Below the pieces are notes generated by a model. It made no database searches and was not told the origin of the DNA. It was given only the letters and a program-made list of their open reading frames with translations. From an uncultured archaeon (GTDB taxonomy: Archaea; Asgardarchaeota; Thorarchaeia; Thorarchaeales; Thorarchaeaceae), in assembly GCA_964354495.1 (NCBI GenBank), contig CAYHAA010000010.1, positions 40,522 to 104,521 on the forward strand: 64,000 nucleotides of DNA. Direction: 5' to 3'. Below are positions 50,641 through 60,751 of this stretch, piece by piece. Made by a program: the position numbers and the translations under genes. The first letter of the stretch is position 1, and each line of letters starts with the position of its first letter.

Positions 50641-51801
50641 CTAGATGAATCGGTCCATCAGGCTGTCAACAACAAGGTCGATGTTCTGAGCGGTTATACC
50701 TTGGTCTAGCGCAATCTGACGAGTCCTCTCAAGCCTTCTTTCGTCATTCATATCGCCCAGTCCGTCGAAGAACCCGAGCCTTCTTCCAAGCCGGAATAGT
50801 AGCTGCTGCTCAGGAGTCATAGCCAGAAATTCACGAAGTATGGAGAGCATTCGCTCCTTGTCGTCAGGAAGTCTTCCCTCTAGGTCAGCAAAGAGGTTGA
50901 GAATGTGGTCACTCAGAATCATACTCGTGATTCCCTCAAGTCCTTCAATGAAGAGGAGCAGCTCTCTGGCAATCTCGATATCATTGCATTTTGTGAAATT
51001 CCCCTCTTCCTGTTTCACGTATAGAGGAGCTCTCGAAGTAACAGCAAGAGGTCTGAGTCTAATGAAGTCCGCATTGATCTGATTCAGAGCGTCTGCAGTC
51101 TCGTTTGCGTGCACGGAAGAGAGTCCTCTTCCGCCCAGACCAGGCATGACATACTCAGAGAGCTCAAATCCGACTCTCTTCGTCATGACACCAGCACGTA
51201 CATGCATGTCCTTCGTCGCTCCTTTCTTGACAAGACGGAGAACAGCATCCGATCCTGACTCGAGTCCCACATGGATTCTATCCAGTCCAGCATCCTTGAT
51301 TGTCCTTAGTCCATCCTCACCAACCTTCAAGATGGTGCTTGAGCGGGAATACGATGTCACGCGGTCAATCCAGGGGAACCTATCATGAAGATGCTTGAGG
51401 ATGGTAGCAAGATTCTCAGCACCGATAACAAGTGAGTCTGAGTCCTGTAAGAAGACAGACTGCATCCCATCACTATACCACTTGAGCGCATAATCGAAGG
51501 CGGGAAGCTCAATAGGATTCACACTCTGAGTGAGTGACCATAGTTGCTGTGCAGATATCTCATAGGGAGACTTGAAAGAATCACGAATGGTGGTGAGATG
51601 CTTGCTGAGCAAGTCTATGTCGGAGATCACTTCCTCAACAGCTCTGGCTGAGAATTCCTTGTTCTTATAGACTGGACAAAAGGTGCAGCGGTTCCATTGG
51701 CAGTTTCTAGTGACTCGAATCAGTAGGCTCTTTGCTTCGCTCGGAGGGCGAATTGGTCCAACCTCAAAACTGATGGGTTCACTCACTGCAAACACTGACA
51801 C
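50641..51801 (-). CDS. radical SAM domain protein with non-canonical CX4CX2C cluster motif
   Basis: RVTRNCQWNRCTFCPVY near the N-terminus. The rest of the protein is consistent with a radical-SAM TIM-barrel (GGE-like, ribose motif region). Confidence 0.65.
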   Translation of the reverse strand: MSVFAVSEPISFEVGPIRPPSEAKSLLIRVTRNCQWNRCTFCPVYKNKEFSARAVEEVISDIDLLSKHLTTIRDSFKSPYEISAQQLWSLTQSVNPIELPAFDYALKWYSDGMQSVFLQDSDSLVIGAENLATILKHLHDRFPWIDRVTSYSRSSTILKVGEDGLRTIKDAGLDRIHVGLESGSDAVLRLVKKGATKDMHVRAGVMTKRVGFELSEYVMPGLGGRGLSSVHANETADALNQINADFIRLRPLAVTSRAPLYVKQEEGNFTKCNDIEIARELLLFIEGLEGITSMILSDHILNLFADLEGRLPDDKERMLSILREFLAMTPEQQLLFRLGRRLGFFDGLGDMNDERRLERTRQIALDQGITAQNIDLVVDSLMDRFI

Positions 51802-51944
51802 TTGACCGATTTGTTATTGTATTGTGTTGTTCTGTGATACACATATCTGTTCCTCAAGAGTACATTAATGGACTCTGGGAGTCTTGATGAGCGTCCCAAC
51901 AGAAGAGCTTAATTCGCCGGTTAGTTCAACATTCGGTAGGTGGT

Positions 51945-52610
51945 TTGCCAATGAAAGCAGAAAGACCAATCTGTTGTAAGGAACTCATGAAAGCAGATGT
52001 TCTCGATTCGAAGGGTCAGAAGATAGGCAGAATCGGTGATCTGACTTTCAAATTCGATGGAGAGCTGAAACTATCAAAATTCATCTTGGCTGGTCCCCGG
52101 TGGGAGGAACTGCTTGAGTCACTGAAAATCAAGAAAGACAGAGATCCAGTGTTTGATGGTTCCAAGATTAGGCAGATTGGCGACAATGTGCATCTTGATA
52201 CGTCCATCAATGAACTCAAGACCACCCTTGACAAGGATGCCATTCCTAAGGGAGACATTAGGTACTCAGCACTGGAAAAGATGGAGATCATTGACAAGCA
52301 CGGGAAGAAAGTCGGCCACGCACTTGATGTGGATTTCGATGTGACAGGTGCTGTGTCGATGATTGCAGGCGGAGGCCTCATCGAGGAGAAGCTTGAGGCG
52401 TCGGGGCTGAAAGCAGACGTAGATGTCATCGTGCCGGGAGATGTCATCTCCTCAATCACTGACAAGATTCATCTCAAAGTCTCCAAAGATGAACTTGCGA
52501 GAACAATGGAACAGGCTATCAAGACCGATAGGGCAAAGAAGGCACGAGATACGAAGCAAGTGGCTCAGCAAGTGACAAAGGTCAGACTGTTTACACAACG
52601 GCCGATGTAG
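51945..52610 (+). CDS. tandem PRC-barrel domain protein
   Basis: Two repeats of the pattern VLDSKGQKIGRIGDLTFKFD / IIDKHGKKVGHALDVDFDV, as in PRC-barrel proteins. Confidence 0.55.
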   Translation: MPMKAERPICCKELMKADVLDSKGQKIGRIGDLTFKFDGELKLSKFILAGPRWEELLESLKIKKDRDPVFDGSKIRQIGDNVHLDTSINELKTTLDKDAIPKGDIRYSALEKMEIIDKHGKKVGHALDVDFDVTGAVSMIAGGGLIEEKLEASGLKADVDVIVPGDVISSITDKIHLKVSKDELARTMEQAIKTDRAKKARDTKQVAQQVTKVRLFTQRPM

Positions 52611-52696
52611 TACGCAGCATCTCGGCTCCGGCATCCTCTGAGTGATTGCCCTCAAGCCTATTTGGATGTCCAAAATGACGTCGGGAAGTATCTAAA

Positions 52697-54454
52697 GTGA
52701 TTCGGAAAAGGTATGCAGCATTACTGATCCTCCTCGTTATTCTCTCGCTCTCGCTCTACGCAAGCTGGCATAGTCGAAGAGCCTTTGGCGATATCGTTAT
52801 TGAAAAACAGGATATTGTGAGGAGCAATGGAAGAACCGTCAGTTTCAGAGTCTATCAACCATCAGTCATCACTTATGGCGAGCCACTTCCAGCAGTCCTC
52901 ACAATTCATGGCATCTCCAGTTCGGGAGCGATGATGGACGCGTACAACATCGAACTTGCGAGAAGGAATTTTACAGTCGTGTCGGTGGACTTAGCAGGGC
53001 ATGGTAGGTCTGCAGAGCGATTTGGCTTTGATACATTCTTTGAGGGAGTAATGGATGCCTACGAGGCCGTCAGGTATGTACAGCTGAACGATCCAGAAAC
53101 CAGTGATGCGGTCTATGGCGTACTGGGTCACTCTCTGGGTGCTGGCGTTTCACTTCTCTTCAACAACATGACAGTGACCCCATCCTGCACAGTGATTATT
53201 GGGGGAGGTATGGGAATGGAATTCGGAGGGCTTTCTCTGACGATTGATGAACTTACTCCGAAGAATCTCATGATTGCCTCAGGAATCTATGATGAGCTGG
53301 TAACGCAGGAAGTAGCACTTGATACGCTGAGGTCTGCAACTGGACTTGCTGACCCAATCGCCGGTGTGACCTATGGAAACTTTACCGAGGGGACTGCTAG
53401 GAGGCTTGTTTTCAGTCTCACAAATCACCTCTTTGAGATGTCTGATTCAGAGATAGTCACTGAGTCTGTCGACTGGCTTGGAAGATCGCTCCAAGGAGAG
53501 GGTCAGGTCGATCTGGCGATGTTGGACCCTTCGCTGCATGTGTACAATATCTGTTCTTTCTTTGACCTGATTGCATCGATCTCTTTTGTTTTCACAATCT
53601 TCCCGATAGTGCTCATCACATACTATCAACTGCCTGACAGTCATAGACCCAGAAGACTTGATAATCTGCCTGCACCTCTTGGGCAGAAAGCCGCTGTTAG
53701 ATACAGTCTTGTAGTTGGTATGGTCACTGCTGCTCTCTTCCTGCTACTAATGCTGCTAGGCTTCGTCTTTGAGTTCGCTGGAGTCACCCTCATCCCTGTG
53801 TCCTTTGGCACCGCCCTGTCACTGATCTCACTCATGACAGCTCTTGTTGTCGTTTGGGTAACCAAGAGATTTCGGGGAAGGGATAGTGCGAAAGCACTGA
53901 TGGCAGATCTTCACTCTGGTCGAAATCGCCTCACAGATGATTTCATCAAGACTCTGCTTGTGCTGCTGCCAACGCTCCTCTGGATATTCGCATTCTCATT
54001 CATTGCAAGAGTCGGGCTGGACAATGGAGTCGCGTTCACCTTTGCAGTGGATAGCGGAGCGGCCGTCTTTCGATTCGTCTACATGATGGCTCTTGTATTC
54101 CTCATGTTACCAATCTTCTATACCGATACACTATGGTTGAATTCGTCTGTCGGGACTGTTTCAGGTTGGAGCAATTTGAGAGAACTCATGCGCAAGACAG
54201 GTCGGGCATTGTTCAGTAGACTCATTGGCTTTGCGATTGTAATTGCCTCTCTCTATCTTCCCTTCCTTGCAGGCGTTCAGCTTGGATTCGTCATGTTCAT
54301 TGCATTACTGATGTTGCCTTTTGCAGCCCTATTTGGTCTGACCATACTTGTCACGGTTTGGGTGGGCGGTATCACTAGAACCAACTTTGGCCCAGCACTA
54401 ATGAATGCGATACTCTTTGCCATTGTGATAACAAGCACATTCCAGTTAGTTTGA
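52697..54454 (+). CDS. membrane-bound alpha/beta hydrolase (GHSLG nucleophile elbow) with C-terminal polytopic membrane domain
   Basis: N-terminal transmembrane helix. Hydrolase core with HGISSSG and GHSLGAG. About six C-terminal transmembrane helices. Confidence 0.65.
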   Translation: MIRKRYAALLILLVILSLSLYASWHSRRAFGDIVIEKQDIVRSNGRTVSFRVYQPSVITYGEPLPAVLTIHGISSSGAMMDAYNIELARRNFTVVSVDLAGHGRSAERFGFDTFFEGVMDAYEAVRYVQLNDPETSDAVYGVLGHSLGAGVSLLFNNMTVTPSCTVIIGGGMGMEFGGLSLTIDELTPKNLMIASGIYDELVTQEVALDTLRSATGLADPIAGVTYGNFTEGTARRLVFSLTNHLFEMSDSEIVTESVDWLGRSLQGEGQVDLAMLDPSLHVYNICSFFDLIASISFVFTIFPIVLITYYQLPDSHRPRRLDNLPAPLGQKAAVRYSLVVGMVTAALFLLLMLLGFVFEFAGVTLIPVSFGTALSLISLMTALVVVWVTKRFRGRDSAKALMADLHSGRNRLTDDFIKTLLVLLPTLLWIFAFSFIARVGLDNGVAFTFAVDSGAAVFRFVYMMALVFLMLPIFYTDTLWLNSSVGTVSGWSNLRELMRKTGRALFSRLIGFAIVIASLYLPFLAGVQLGFVMFIALLMLPFAALFGLTILVTVWVGGITRTNFGPALMNAILFAIVITSTFQLV

Positions 54455-54471
54455 TTTCGGAAGCCGCGCCT

Positions 54472-54888
54472 CTATGCAAACCATAGGCTACAGGCATCAA
54501 TATGTAATCTAGAGACCACATATTTGCCATACTTGATGAGTGTCGGCACACCGATGGCAATAGCGTACCAGGTAATAGCTACTCGCCAATTGGAAACCTT
54601 CTTCAGTAGTGCTCTTGAGCCAGCTTCTCCATAGTTCATTCTGTACACAATGAATGCTGAGAGGAGTGGTCCCCACACTGCTCCGATTGCAAGAAAAGGC
54701 CAGAGAATGAGGTGGTAGTGTCCCTCAGAGATTAATTGTCCAAAGTCCGCACCTATTCCAAGAGATGTGAGTATAGCATCCATTACAAGCCATCCACCCC
54801 AGGTGATCGAGAAAGCTATGATGTAGAAAATCGGGATGTCATGCTTTTTGAATAGCGCTCTGAGCCGTGATGGTGCCTCTGGGATCAT
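54472..54888 (-). CDS. small integral membrane protein, hypothetical
   Basis: Four hydrophobic helices. Confidence 0.45.
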   Translation of the reverse strand: MIPEAPSRLRALFKKHDIPIFYIIAFSITWGGWLVMDAILTSLGIGADFGQLISEGHYHLILWPFLAIGAVWGPLLSAFIVYRMNYGEAGSRALLKKVSNWRVAITWYAIAIGVPTLIKYGKYVVSRLHIDACSLWFA

Positions 54889-55116
54889 TTGTAACCACCC
54901 ATTTCGGCCAAGCTAGTGGTCATATTAGGCATTTCAGCTGAGTATCACTTAGGAATTGCGGGAATCCACAGCGGATTTCAACAAATTCATTCATTGATGA
55001 TACTGGTCGAGCGGAGTATTCTCATGCTTCATTGGAGGTCTACTCCGCTCTTGCTGGCAAGCATTTCGAGCCCCTTGCAGATGAGCGCACGAGTCTCTCG
55101 TGCCAAGATAATCTTG

Positions 55117-56388
55117 TCAGTGTAGCCGAGTCTGACCGCTCCTTATTCTGTGGAAGAACCTCTCAGTGATACGCCTACCACGTGTTGTTGAGAAACGTCG
55201 GTCCAGTTCTTCAATGAACGACTCTAGTGCGTCTGCAAGATCACTCAGATCGTCTGGGGTCATACTCTCTTCGAGAATGCACCGAACGTGCATCCTATCT
55301 GTGAGCGTGACTCTATATACTCGCGGATGCCATTTTGCCAGACTCCGGCGAATTGTTTCAAAGGCCTCTTTCATACTCTTATTACCGATAATCCGGGCGC
55401 CCTCAAGAACCTGAGATGAGAGAATGGACTCGTCGTGTAGTACTCGTCGTTGCTCCGATGAGATTCTCTGAATGACGCCTCTATTGAACAGCGTGCCCAG
55501 TTCGTCCAGAAGCACCTCAAGGTCTTGGGCAGGTAAGCCCTCTGTCAATTGAGACACAGACGTACGACCATCAAAGCGCCCGGCCACACACAGACTAACG
55601 TTAGACAGTCCCAGAGGATTGTTTTTCTGGAATAAGATCGCTGATGATTTCTGAGAGAGAATAAGTATCTCATCATCAGGAGGAACATACTTCAGAAAGA
55701 CAGCATCATGCCAGTAGGCTTGAGAAACAATGTCAATCGTTTGCTCCATATCGATACCCAGGAAGTCGGCTACTTCCTTGACAGTCCGTGTTTCATCAAG
55801 CCCTAGCAGAATCTTTGACACTGAAAATGATGTGCTTGGCAAGTCGAACACAAAGGGCGAGTCTCTCGTCTCAGGTCTCCTCGATACAAGAGTCCTGCCT
55901 GTTACCTGATCGTTCACGAAGGCCCTCCTAACAAATCGGTCAAAATCACCAAACGCGCTGCCTTCAATACCATCTGAGTCTCTGAGGACTGCGAAGCAGT
56001 CTTCAAACTCTCTGACAACATTCCTCAATCTGGTACGACTCACAGTCGTTTCTCTTGATACAAGAAGGACTCCGATGGCCCATGCTCCATGTTCTACAAG
56101 AAGCATTGACTCTGCACCGTATTCTGTCTTCCAGCTCGTCTGTTGCCCGCCCATCACAACACCCATGAAGGTGGCCATTGCGGAGATGAAACCCGATATG
56201 ATCTGGGGGTCCAGGCTGCTCTTGCTGAATTCATGAGAATAAGGAGCCAGGCCACTAATCTTGTTCAGAATCATAATCAGTTTCTCGTTAGCGGCGAAAC
56301 AGTCATAGGAAATGTCTGGGGCTGTCACATTGAGAGACTCTTTCGGTGTCTTCGAGAGTCTCTCACTGAGGTCATCGGTCAATCTCAT
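55117..56388 (-). CDS. hypothetical protein with a possible roadblock/LC7-like domain
   Basis: The ORF track gives 55117-56505. The first 40 or more codons overlap the upstream GNAT gene, so a downstream start (Met at about 56388 or 56274) is likely. The pattern ISAMATFMGVVMGG...SMLLVEHGAWAIGVLLVSR resembles the roadblock fold only weakly. Confidence 0.35.
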   Translation of the reverse strand: MRLTDDLSERLSKTPKESLNVTAPDISYDCFAANEKLIMILNKISGLAPYSHEFSKSSLDPQIISGFISAMATFMGVVMGGQQTSWKTEYGAESMLLVEHGAWAIGVLLVSRETTVSRTRLRNVVREFEDCFAVLRDSDGIEGSAFGDFDRFVRRAFVNDQVTGRTLVSRRPETRDSPFVFDLPSTSFSVSKILLGLDETRTVKEVADFLGIDMEQTIDIVSQAYWHDAVFLKYVPPDDEILILSQKSSAILFQKNNPLGLSNVSLCVAGRFDGRTSVSQLTEGLPAQDLEVLLDELGTLFNRGVIQRISSEQRRVLHDESILSSQVLEGARIIGNKSMKEAFETIRRSLAKWHPRVYRVTLTDRMHVRCILEESMTPDDLSDLADALESFIEELDRRFSTTRGRRITERFFHRIRSGQTRLH

Positions 56389-57445
56389 CCCTTCCTTCTG
56401 CGCCTTGCACAATGGTTCTCTTGCACCAAATGTGCTTGTATATCTCTTTGAAACCATACTTCTCATAGAGAGAAATCGCAGCAGTGTTAGAGCTTTGAAC
56501 AACAAGTTCAGAGGACGTATGTCCTTTCATGTATGCTCGGTTGAGAATCTCGGACAACAGTGCGCGAGCATACCCTCTTCTTCGATACTCTGGCGAGACG
56601 CCCATCCCCTCGATCTTGAGGATTCTCTCTTTGGTCGAAGACTCCACCGAAAAGCCCAGGCAGTATCCGACGGGCCTAGAAAAGTATGAACAAACCACTA
56701 CTAGGTTTGGGTCAAAGGTGCAGTGCGTGACAATAGAAGCAAGAGTTTCTGTGCTGACGGGCTCATAGCCAGGGAAGTTTCCGAATATCCTATTCTGGAG
56801 CTGTGCCCACACCACGGATTCCCTCTTGACATTGAGCGGTCGCACAATCAATCCCGGCGGAGCTGGTCTGGATATGGCAGGATACTTGAGCTCAACACGC
56901 ATTTTCAACCACATATATTCATGGTGAAAGCCATGTTCTTCCAGAAAAGACGCAACATATGGACGGAAACTTGGGAACCTGCATACAAACTCAGAAGAGC
57001 CTCGCTTCAGCCCGACCTGTATTAGGCTGTTCAGAACTTTGGAGCCAATACCTTGACACCTGTACTGGGGATGGACTTGAACCATCAACCTTGAAGTCAG
57101 CGAGGGACTATTCTCCGTAAAGATTGTCCCTGCCGCTATCAGATTTCCTGCAGAATTCCGTACCAGAAGAAAGTCCTCAGACAGATCAACATTGGGAGAT
57201 GAGAAAGAGGACTGAAAGTACTCAGCCGGGAGTTGAATATGGTCAGGGTCATCAAACGACCCCACTGTATTATGCAGGGCTGCGTAGTCTTCCATCATTT
57301 TCTCATCTCCAGGCGCTAGTGCAAGAGTTTCTACGTTACACACTGTTACAGCCCACCGTCTGAATTCCCTCTGAAACGCGACCTGTGAAGGAATCCCACA
57401 CACGTCGTTTCCTAATCTGCTTGTGATGGAGTATGATAGATCCAA
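56372..57445 (-). CDS. tandem GNAT N-acetyltransferase
   Basis: Two acetyl-CoA-binding motifs (QVHPQYRCQGIGSKVL and GVSPEYRRRGYARALL). Confidence 0.75.
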   Translation of the reverse strand: MDLSYSITSRLGNDVCGIPSQVAFQREFRRWAVTVCNVETLALAPGDEKMMEDYAALHNTVGSFDDPDHIQLPAEYFQSSFSSPNVDLSEDFLLVRNSAGNLIAAGTIFTENSPSLTSRLMVQVHPQYRCQGIGSKVLNSLIQVGLKRGSSEFVCRFPSFRPYVASFLEEHGFHHEYMWLKMRVELKYPAISRPAPPGLIVRPLNVKRESVVWAQLQNRIFGNFPGYEPVSTETLASIVTHCTFDPNLVVVCSYFSRPVGYCLGFSVESSTKERILKIEGMGVSPEYRRRGYARALLSEILNRAYMKGHTSSELVVQSSNTAAISLYEKYGFKEIYKHIWCKRTIVQGAEGRDEIDR

Positions 57446-58034
57446 GTTCTGTTATGTGAACCTGTTTCGTCCCCGCAACTCGGTTTCTTTCGATATAACC
57501 TGCAAGCTCCAGATCACGAATGTGTCTGGAAATACCAGATTGCCGGATTCCAGTGTTTCGTGAGATCTCCTTCTGTGCAATCGGGCAGCCAGAATTCTCA
57601 AGATGGTCAAGGATCTCGCGTTTCTTATGCGTGAGATGGACCAGCTCAGATGGCCAGACTTCAGATATCTGAAGTGGCCCGGTTTGTGTTGTGCAGAGGA
57701 TTGATGCTCTTACAATCGCCGCAGCTACACAAGCAGCCAGAGTCATCATACAATGTTCTGATGCTATGCTGAACTCAATTTGATACGCATCAATTCTGCG
57801 ATGGTTCAAGGCGGACAATATCAGTGAAAGAATGTTATGGAAATCGTCCGGCACAATGCGGACTAATTCAACAACGATTCCAAGATTCGAAAAATGCGCA
57901 AATACCTTATCAGCAAGCTCTGTTTCTTCTTCGGCATATACAATAATCAGCTCATCAATACTCCGCCTGATTGCGAGCTGCTCCAATGACTCTTGCTTCC
58001 CTAGTAATGCAACATGTATCTTTTGCTTCGTCAT
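57336..58034 (-). CDS. Csa3-like regulator: CARF-like Rossmann N-domain plus winged-helix DNA-binding domain
   Basis: The track ORF 57336-58163 overlaps the upstream gene, so the likely start is MTKQKIHVALLGK at about 58034. The N-domain pattern HVALLG...IIVY...ELVRIVPDDFHNILSLILSAL...IEFSIASEHCMMTLAACVAAAIV parallels the Csa3 CARF domain. C-terminal wHTH: AQKEISRNTGIRQSGISRHIRDLELAGYIER. Confidence 0.4.
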   Translation of the reverse strand: MTKQKIHVALLGKQESLEQLAIRRSIDELIIVYAEEETELADKVFAHFSNLGIVVELVRIVPDDFHNILSLILSALNHRRIDAYQIEFSIASEHCMMTLAACVAAAIVRASILCTTQTGPLQISEVWPSELVHLTHKKREILDHLENSGCPIAQKEISRNTGIRQSGISRHIRDLELAGYIERNRVAGTKQVHITELGSIILHHKQIRKRRVWDSFTGRVSEGIQTVGCNSV

Positions 58035-58400
58035 ATGCTTCAAACTCCGGGTGCACATCATGATCTCATGATTTTTCAGCATCCTAGATTGCTTTCGCTT
58101 TCCGCGATTACTTGGATGCCATCGGGTGCCAAGGCATTTAGAATGGGAGTTTGAATTCTCCACATTCCTGAAGGTTTCCCCCCTCCCCGGATGTTCTTCG
58201 TTTCAGGAACCCTCGCATCAAACGGTCCTTGGTCCCCAGACATATCGTGTTTTCTTACCATATAAGCACTCGATGATGCCCCAAGACTGAACTATTCTGA
58301 GGAATAAGACGAGTTTCACAGGAGAGATGCCTGAGAATTGGTAGCATATATTGACGATTTTCGTAATATCAAAGAACGCCGCTACCTGAATTCGATGTCG

Positions 58401-60116
58401 TTAGTGCCGTCGAGATATCGCGCGGTTGCGTGAGGCGGAGGGTGCTTTGACTGTCAGACTCTCACTTTCCTCTACAACTCTCTCCAGCCACACTGCGATT
58501 TCATCTTTTGGAGCCTGCCAGCACTGATTCTCGACATCCCACAGATTATAGGGTAACTGCCAATGACCCCAGATTCCGCTACTGAGGGGTGATACCGTGA
58601 CAGGCCATCCAAGGGTACGAAGTGTGTCCATAAGCTGTGTAGAGCCTCCTGCAGGAAGATCAGTCATCATGAGTAGATTCCGATTCTCTTCATAGCGTAA
58701 GAAGGCTCGCGGCAGCTCTCTGGCCCAGGTATCGAGAATATCGGCAGTATTTCTATCACTTGCCTGTATTGCTACTCGCTCAACCAGACCTATGTTCTGG
58801 ACACTCCAGATATGATGAATCAGACCCTCTGCCCTAAGTCGTTTGATGCGAGTTGAGAGTTTGGTCTGCCCGACTGAAAGCCTCTTTCTCAACGCTCTTG
58901 AAGAAGTGATTCCGTCCTGCACTAATGCAAGGATTTCCATATCAAGAGAATCAAGGTATACATCTGTGGTCTTTGCAGGTAGGTCAATGCGATCAATAAG
59001 ATGATGAAGCGACTCCTCTGTTATTCTGTGGCCCCAACCTCTCATCGCAACCCAAGGAATCTCCCACCTATGGTTTTTCGCATTATAGTGGTAGAATGAG
59101 TTCGATACGCCAACTGAATAGGTCTCCGCAACATCAGCAGCTACACCATTGTCATTGAGTGTTGATGACATCTGGTCTAAGGACCGAGTACTTTCAGGAC
59201 TGTCCGGGACGGCGAGACGTGCAATTATCTGCCAAGGACCATTAAGGATTGAACGCATTTCGTAAACGAAGGGACACTCATCAAGGATTTTTGAAGGCTC
59301 ACTCCAAGAGGGACCAGCCAGCAAGACATGAAATGTGCGTATCCCAATTCTGGAGAAGGGAGTGGTCGTGATGTCCATCAGCATATGCTTTTGTTTGAGA
59401 CGATTGATCCGTGTACATACCCAGGACTCACTCAATCCAGCAACCTCAGCGACTCGACGGTAAGTGGCCGTTTCATTTTTCAGTAGGACATCCACAATCT
59501 TTACGTCAGCCTTGCCAAGTTCGACAACAATATTCTGAGTTCTGAGAAGCATGTAATCGACGTACTCATTGAAGTCTAGCGATATGCCATATCGAGCCAT
59601 ACTCACAAATTCGTGCACCAGGGAGTCCAATTCACCCAGACCACCAAGGGCAATAATCCACTCCATCATTGTATAGGAAGTATAGAGCAGGTTGACACGG
59701 ACCCTTTCTGTCGGAATCCTTTGCCACTCTCTTACCCATTCGATTCTCTCAGGTCTCTTCAGCATTTGTCGAGCGAACTCTGAGGAAAGGTCTCGTTTTG
59801 CCTCAAAGCAGAGCTCAGGGGGCAAAGAGTGGAAGAAACATTCACTATATACAATGCCGGCGATCGGAATCGTTTCATGCAATGCTTCGGAATGGACCTG
59901 AAGCTCGTTTTTGGCGGGGTCATAGTGTCCACCCATTTGTGAGATGTCATGTGCTTCGATGACCTGAACTGACTTAGGCACAGGAGGTGTCTTGAGCCCA
60001 AAACGTTGAGCTATTATTCCCGAACAGTCAAGCCACAACGCCGCAATCTGAGATTGAGTGTCAGTCATCAAGTTTGTTGAATGATATTCCAACTTAAGGA
60101 CTTCTTGTTCGAACAA
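58401..60116 (-). CDS. 571-aa putative transcriptional regulator with two Lrp/AsnC-like HTH modules and an unknown N-terminal domain
   Basis: HTH-like segments YRRVAEVAGLSESWVCTRINRLKQKHML and SRALRKRLSVGQTKLSTRIKRLRAEGLI. Confidence 0.4.
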   Translation of the reverse strand: MFEQEVLKLEYHSTNLMTDTQSQIAALWLDCSGIIAQRFGLKTPPVPKSVQVIEAHDISQMGGHYDPAKNELQVHSEALHETIPIAGIVYSECFFHSLPPELCFEAKRDLSSEFARQMLKRPERIEWVREWQRIPTERVRVNLLYTSYTMMEWIIALGGLGELDSLVHEFVSMARYGISLDFNEYVDYMLLRTQNIVVELGKADVKIVDVLLKNETATYRRVAEVAGLSESWVCTRINRLKQKHMLMDITTTPFSRIGIRTFHVLLAGPSWSEPSKILDECPFVYEMRSILNGPWQIIARLAVPDSPESTRSLDQMSSTLNDNGVAADVAETYSVGVSNSFYHYNAKNHRWEIPWVAMRGWGHRITEESLHHLIDRIDLPAKTTDVYLDSLDMEILALVQDGITSSRALRKRLSVGQTKLSTRIKRLRAEGLIHHIWSVQNIGLVERVAIQASDRNTADILDTWARELPRAFLRYEENRNLLMMTDLPAGGSTQLMDTLRTLGWPVTVSPLSSGIWGHWQLPYNLWDVENQCWQAPKDEIAVWLERVVEESESLTVKAPSASRNRAISRRH

Positions 60117-60751
60117 ATCGCAGTTCAGGAGAAACAGATTAGTGTCACTGACGTGAGAGTTGCGTTCCAGAAAGCAAGTTTCGTTTCAGAATATCAGTTA
60201 TCTCGTCTGGCTTTGAATAGTCTATTACCCTAGTACAATCGATTACTATGAACGATCCTCCAAAGAATCCCCCAGAACCATGGTAGTGCAAACCATAGAT
60301 TACCGGGCGAGAAGGCAGCGCGTGAGTTGTACTACGCCAGACCCTTGAAGTCGCTCCTGCTCCTCGTTGTAGCGAGAACGGCCCTCAAGACTGCTGTCTT
60401 AGTAGCGGACCTGTTCATTTATGCTGAGCTGAGCGTGGCTATCACGAGATGAGTCCAGGTAGCCTTCTCGCGCCGGACCCATCTCCGTTCCACTTACTCG
60501 TACAATTGTCAATACTGCTTCCCGTGACCATAAGATTCTCACGAGATCAGTGGCTAAATGAAGAGGGTGGCGACCACACAGGAATCGTGGTAGGAGGGGG
60601 GAGTTTCGTAATTGAGGGCATGTAACGAAAACTAGCCTGTGTGCTCGCCATGGAATTGATTGAAATCTCCTACTCAATATCCAGTCTGCACAATTCCTAA
60701 TAAAGGACTATCGTATGTGCACAGTCTATTCCAGTCCTCTAATCTCGACAA

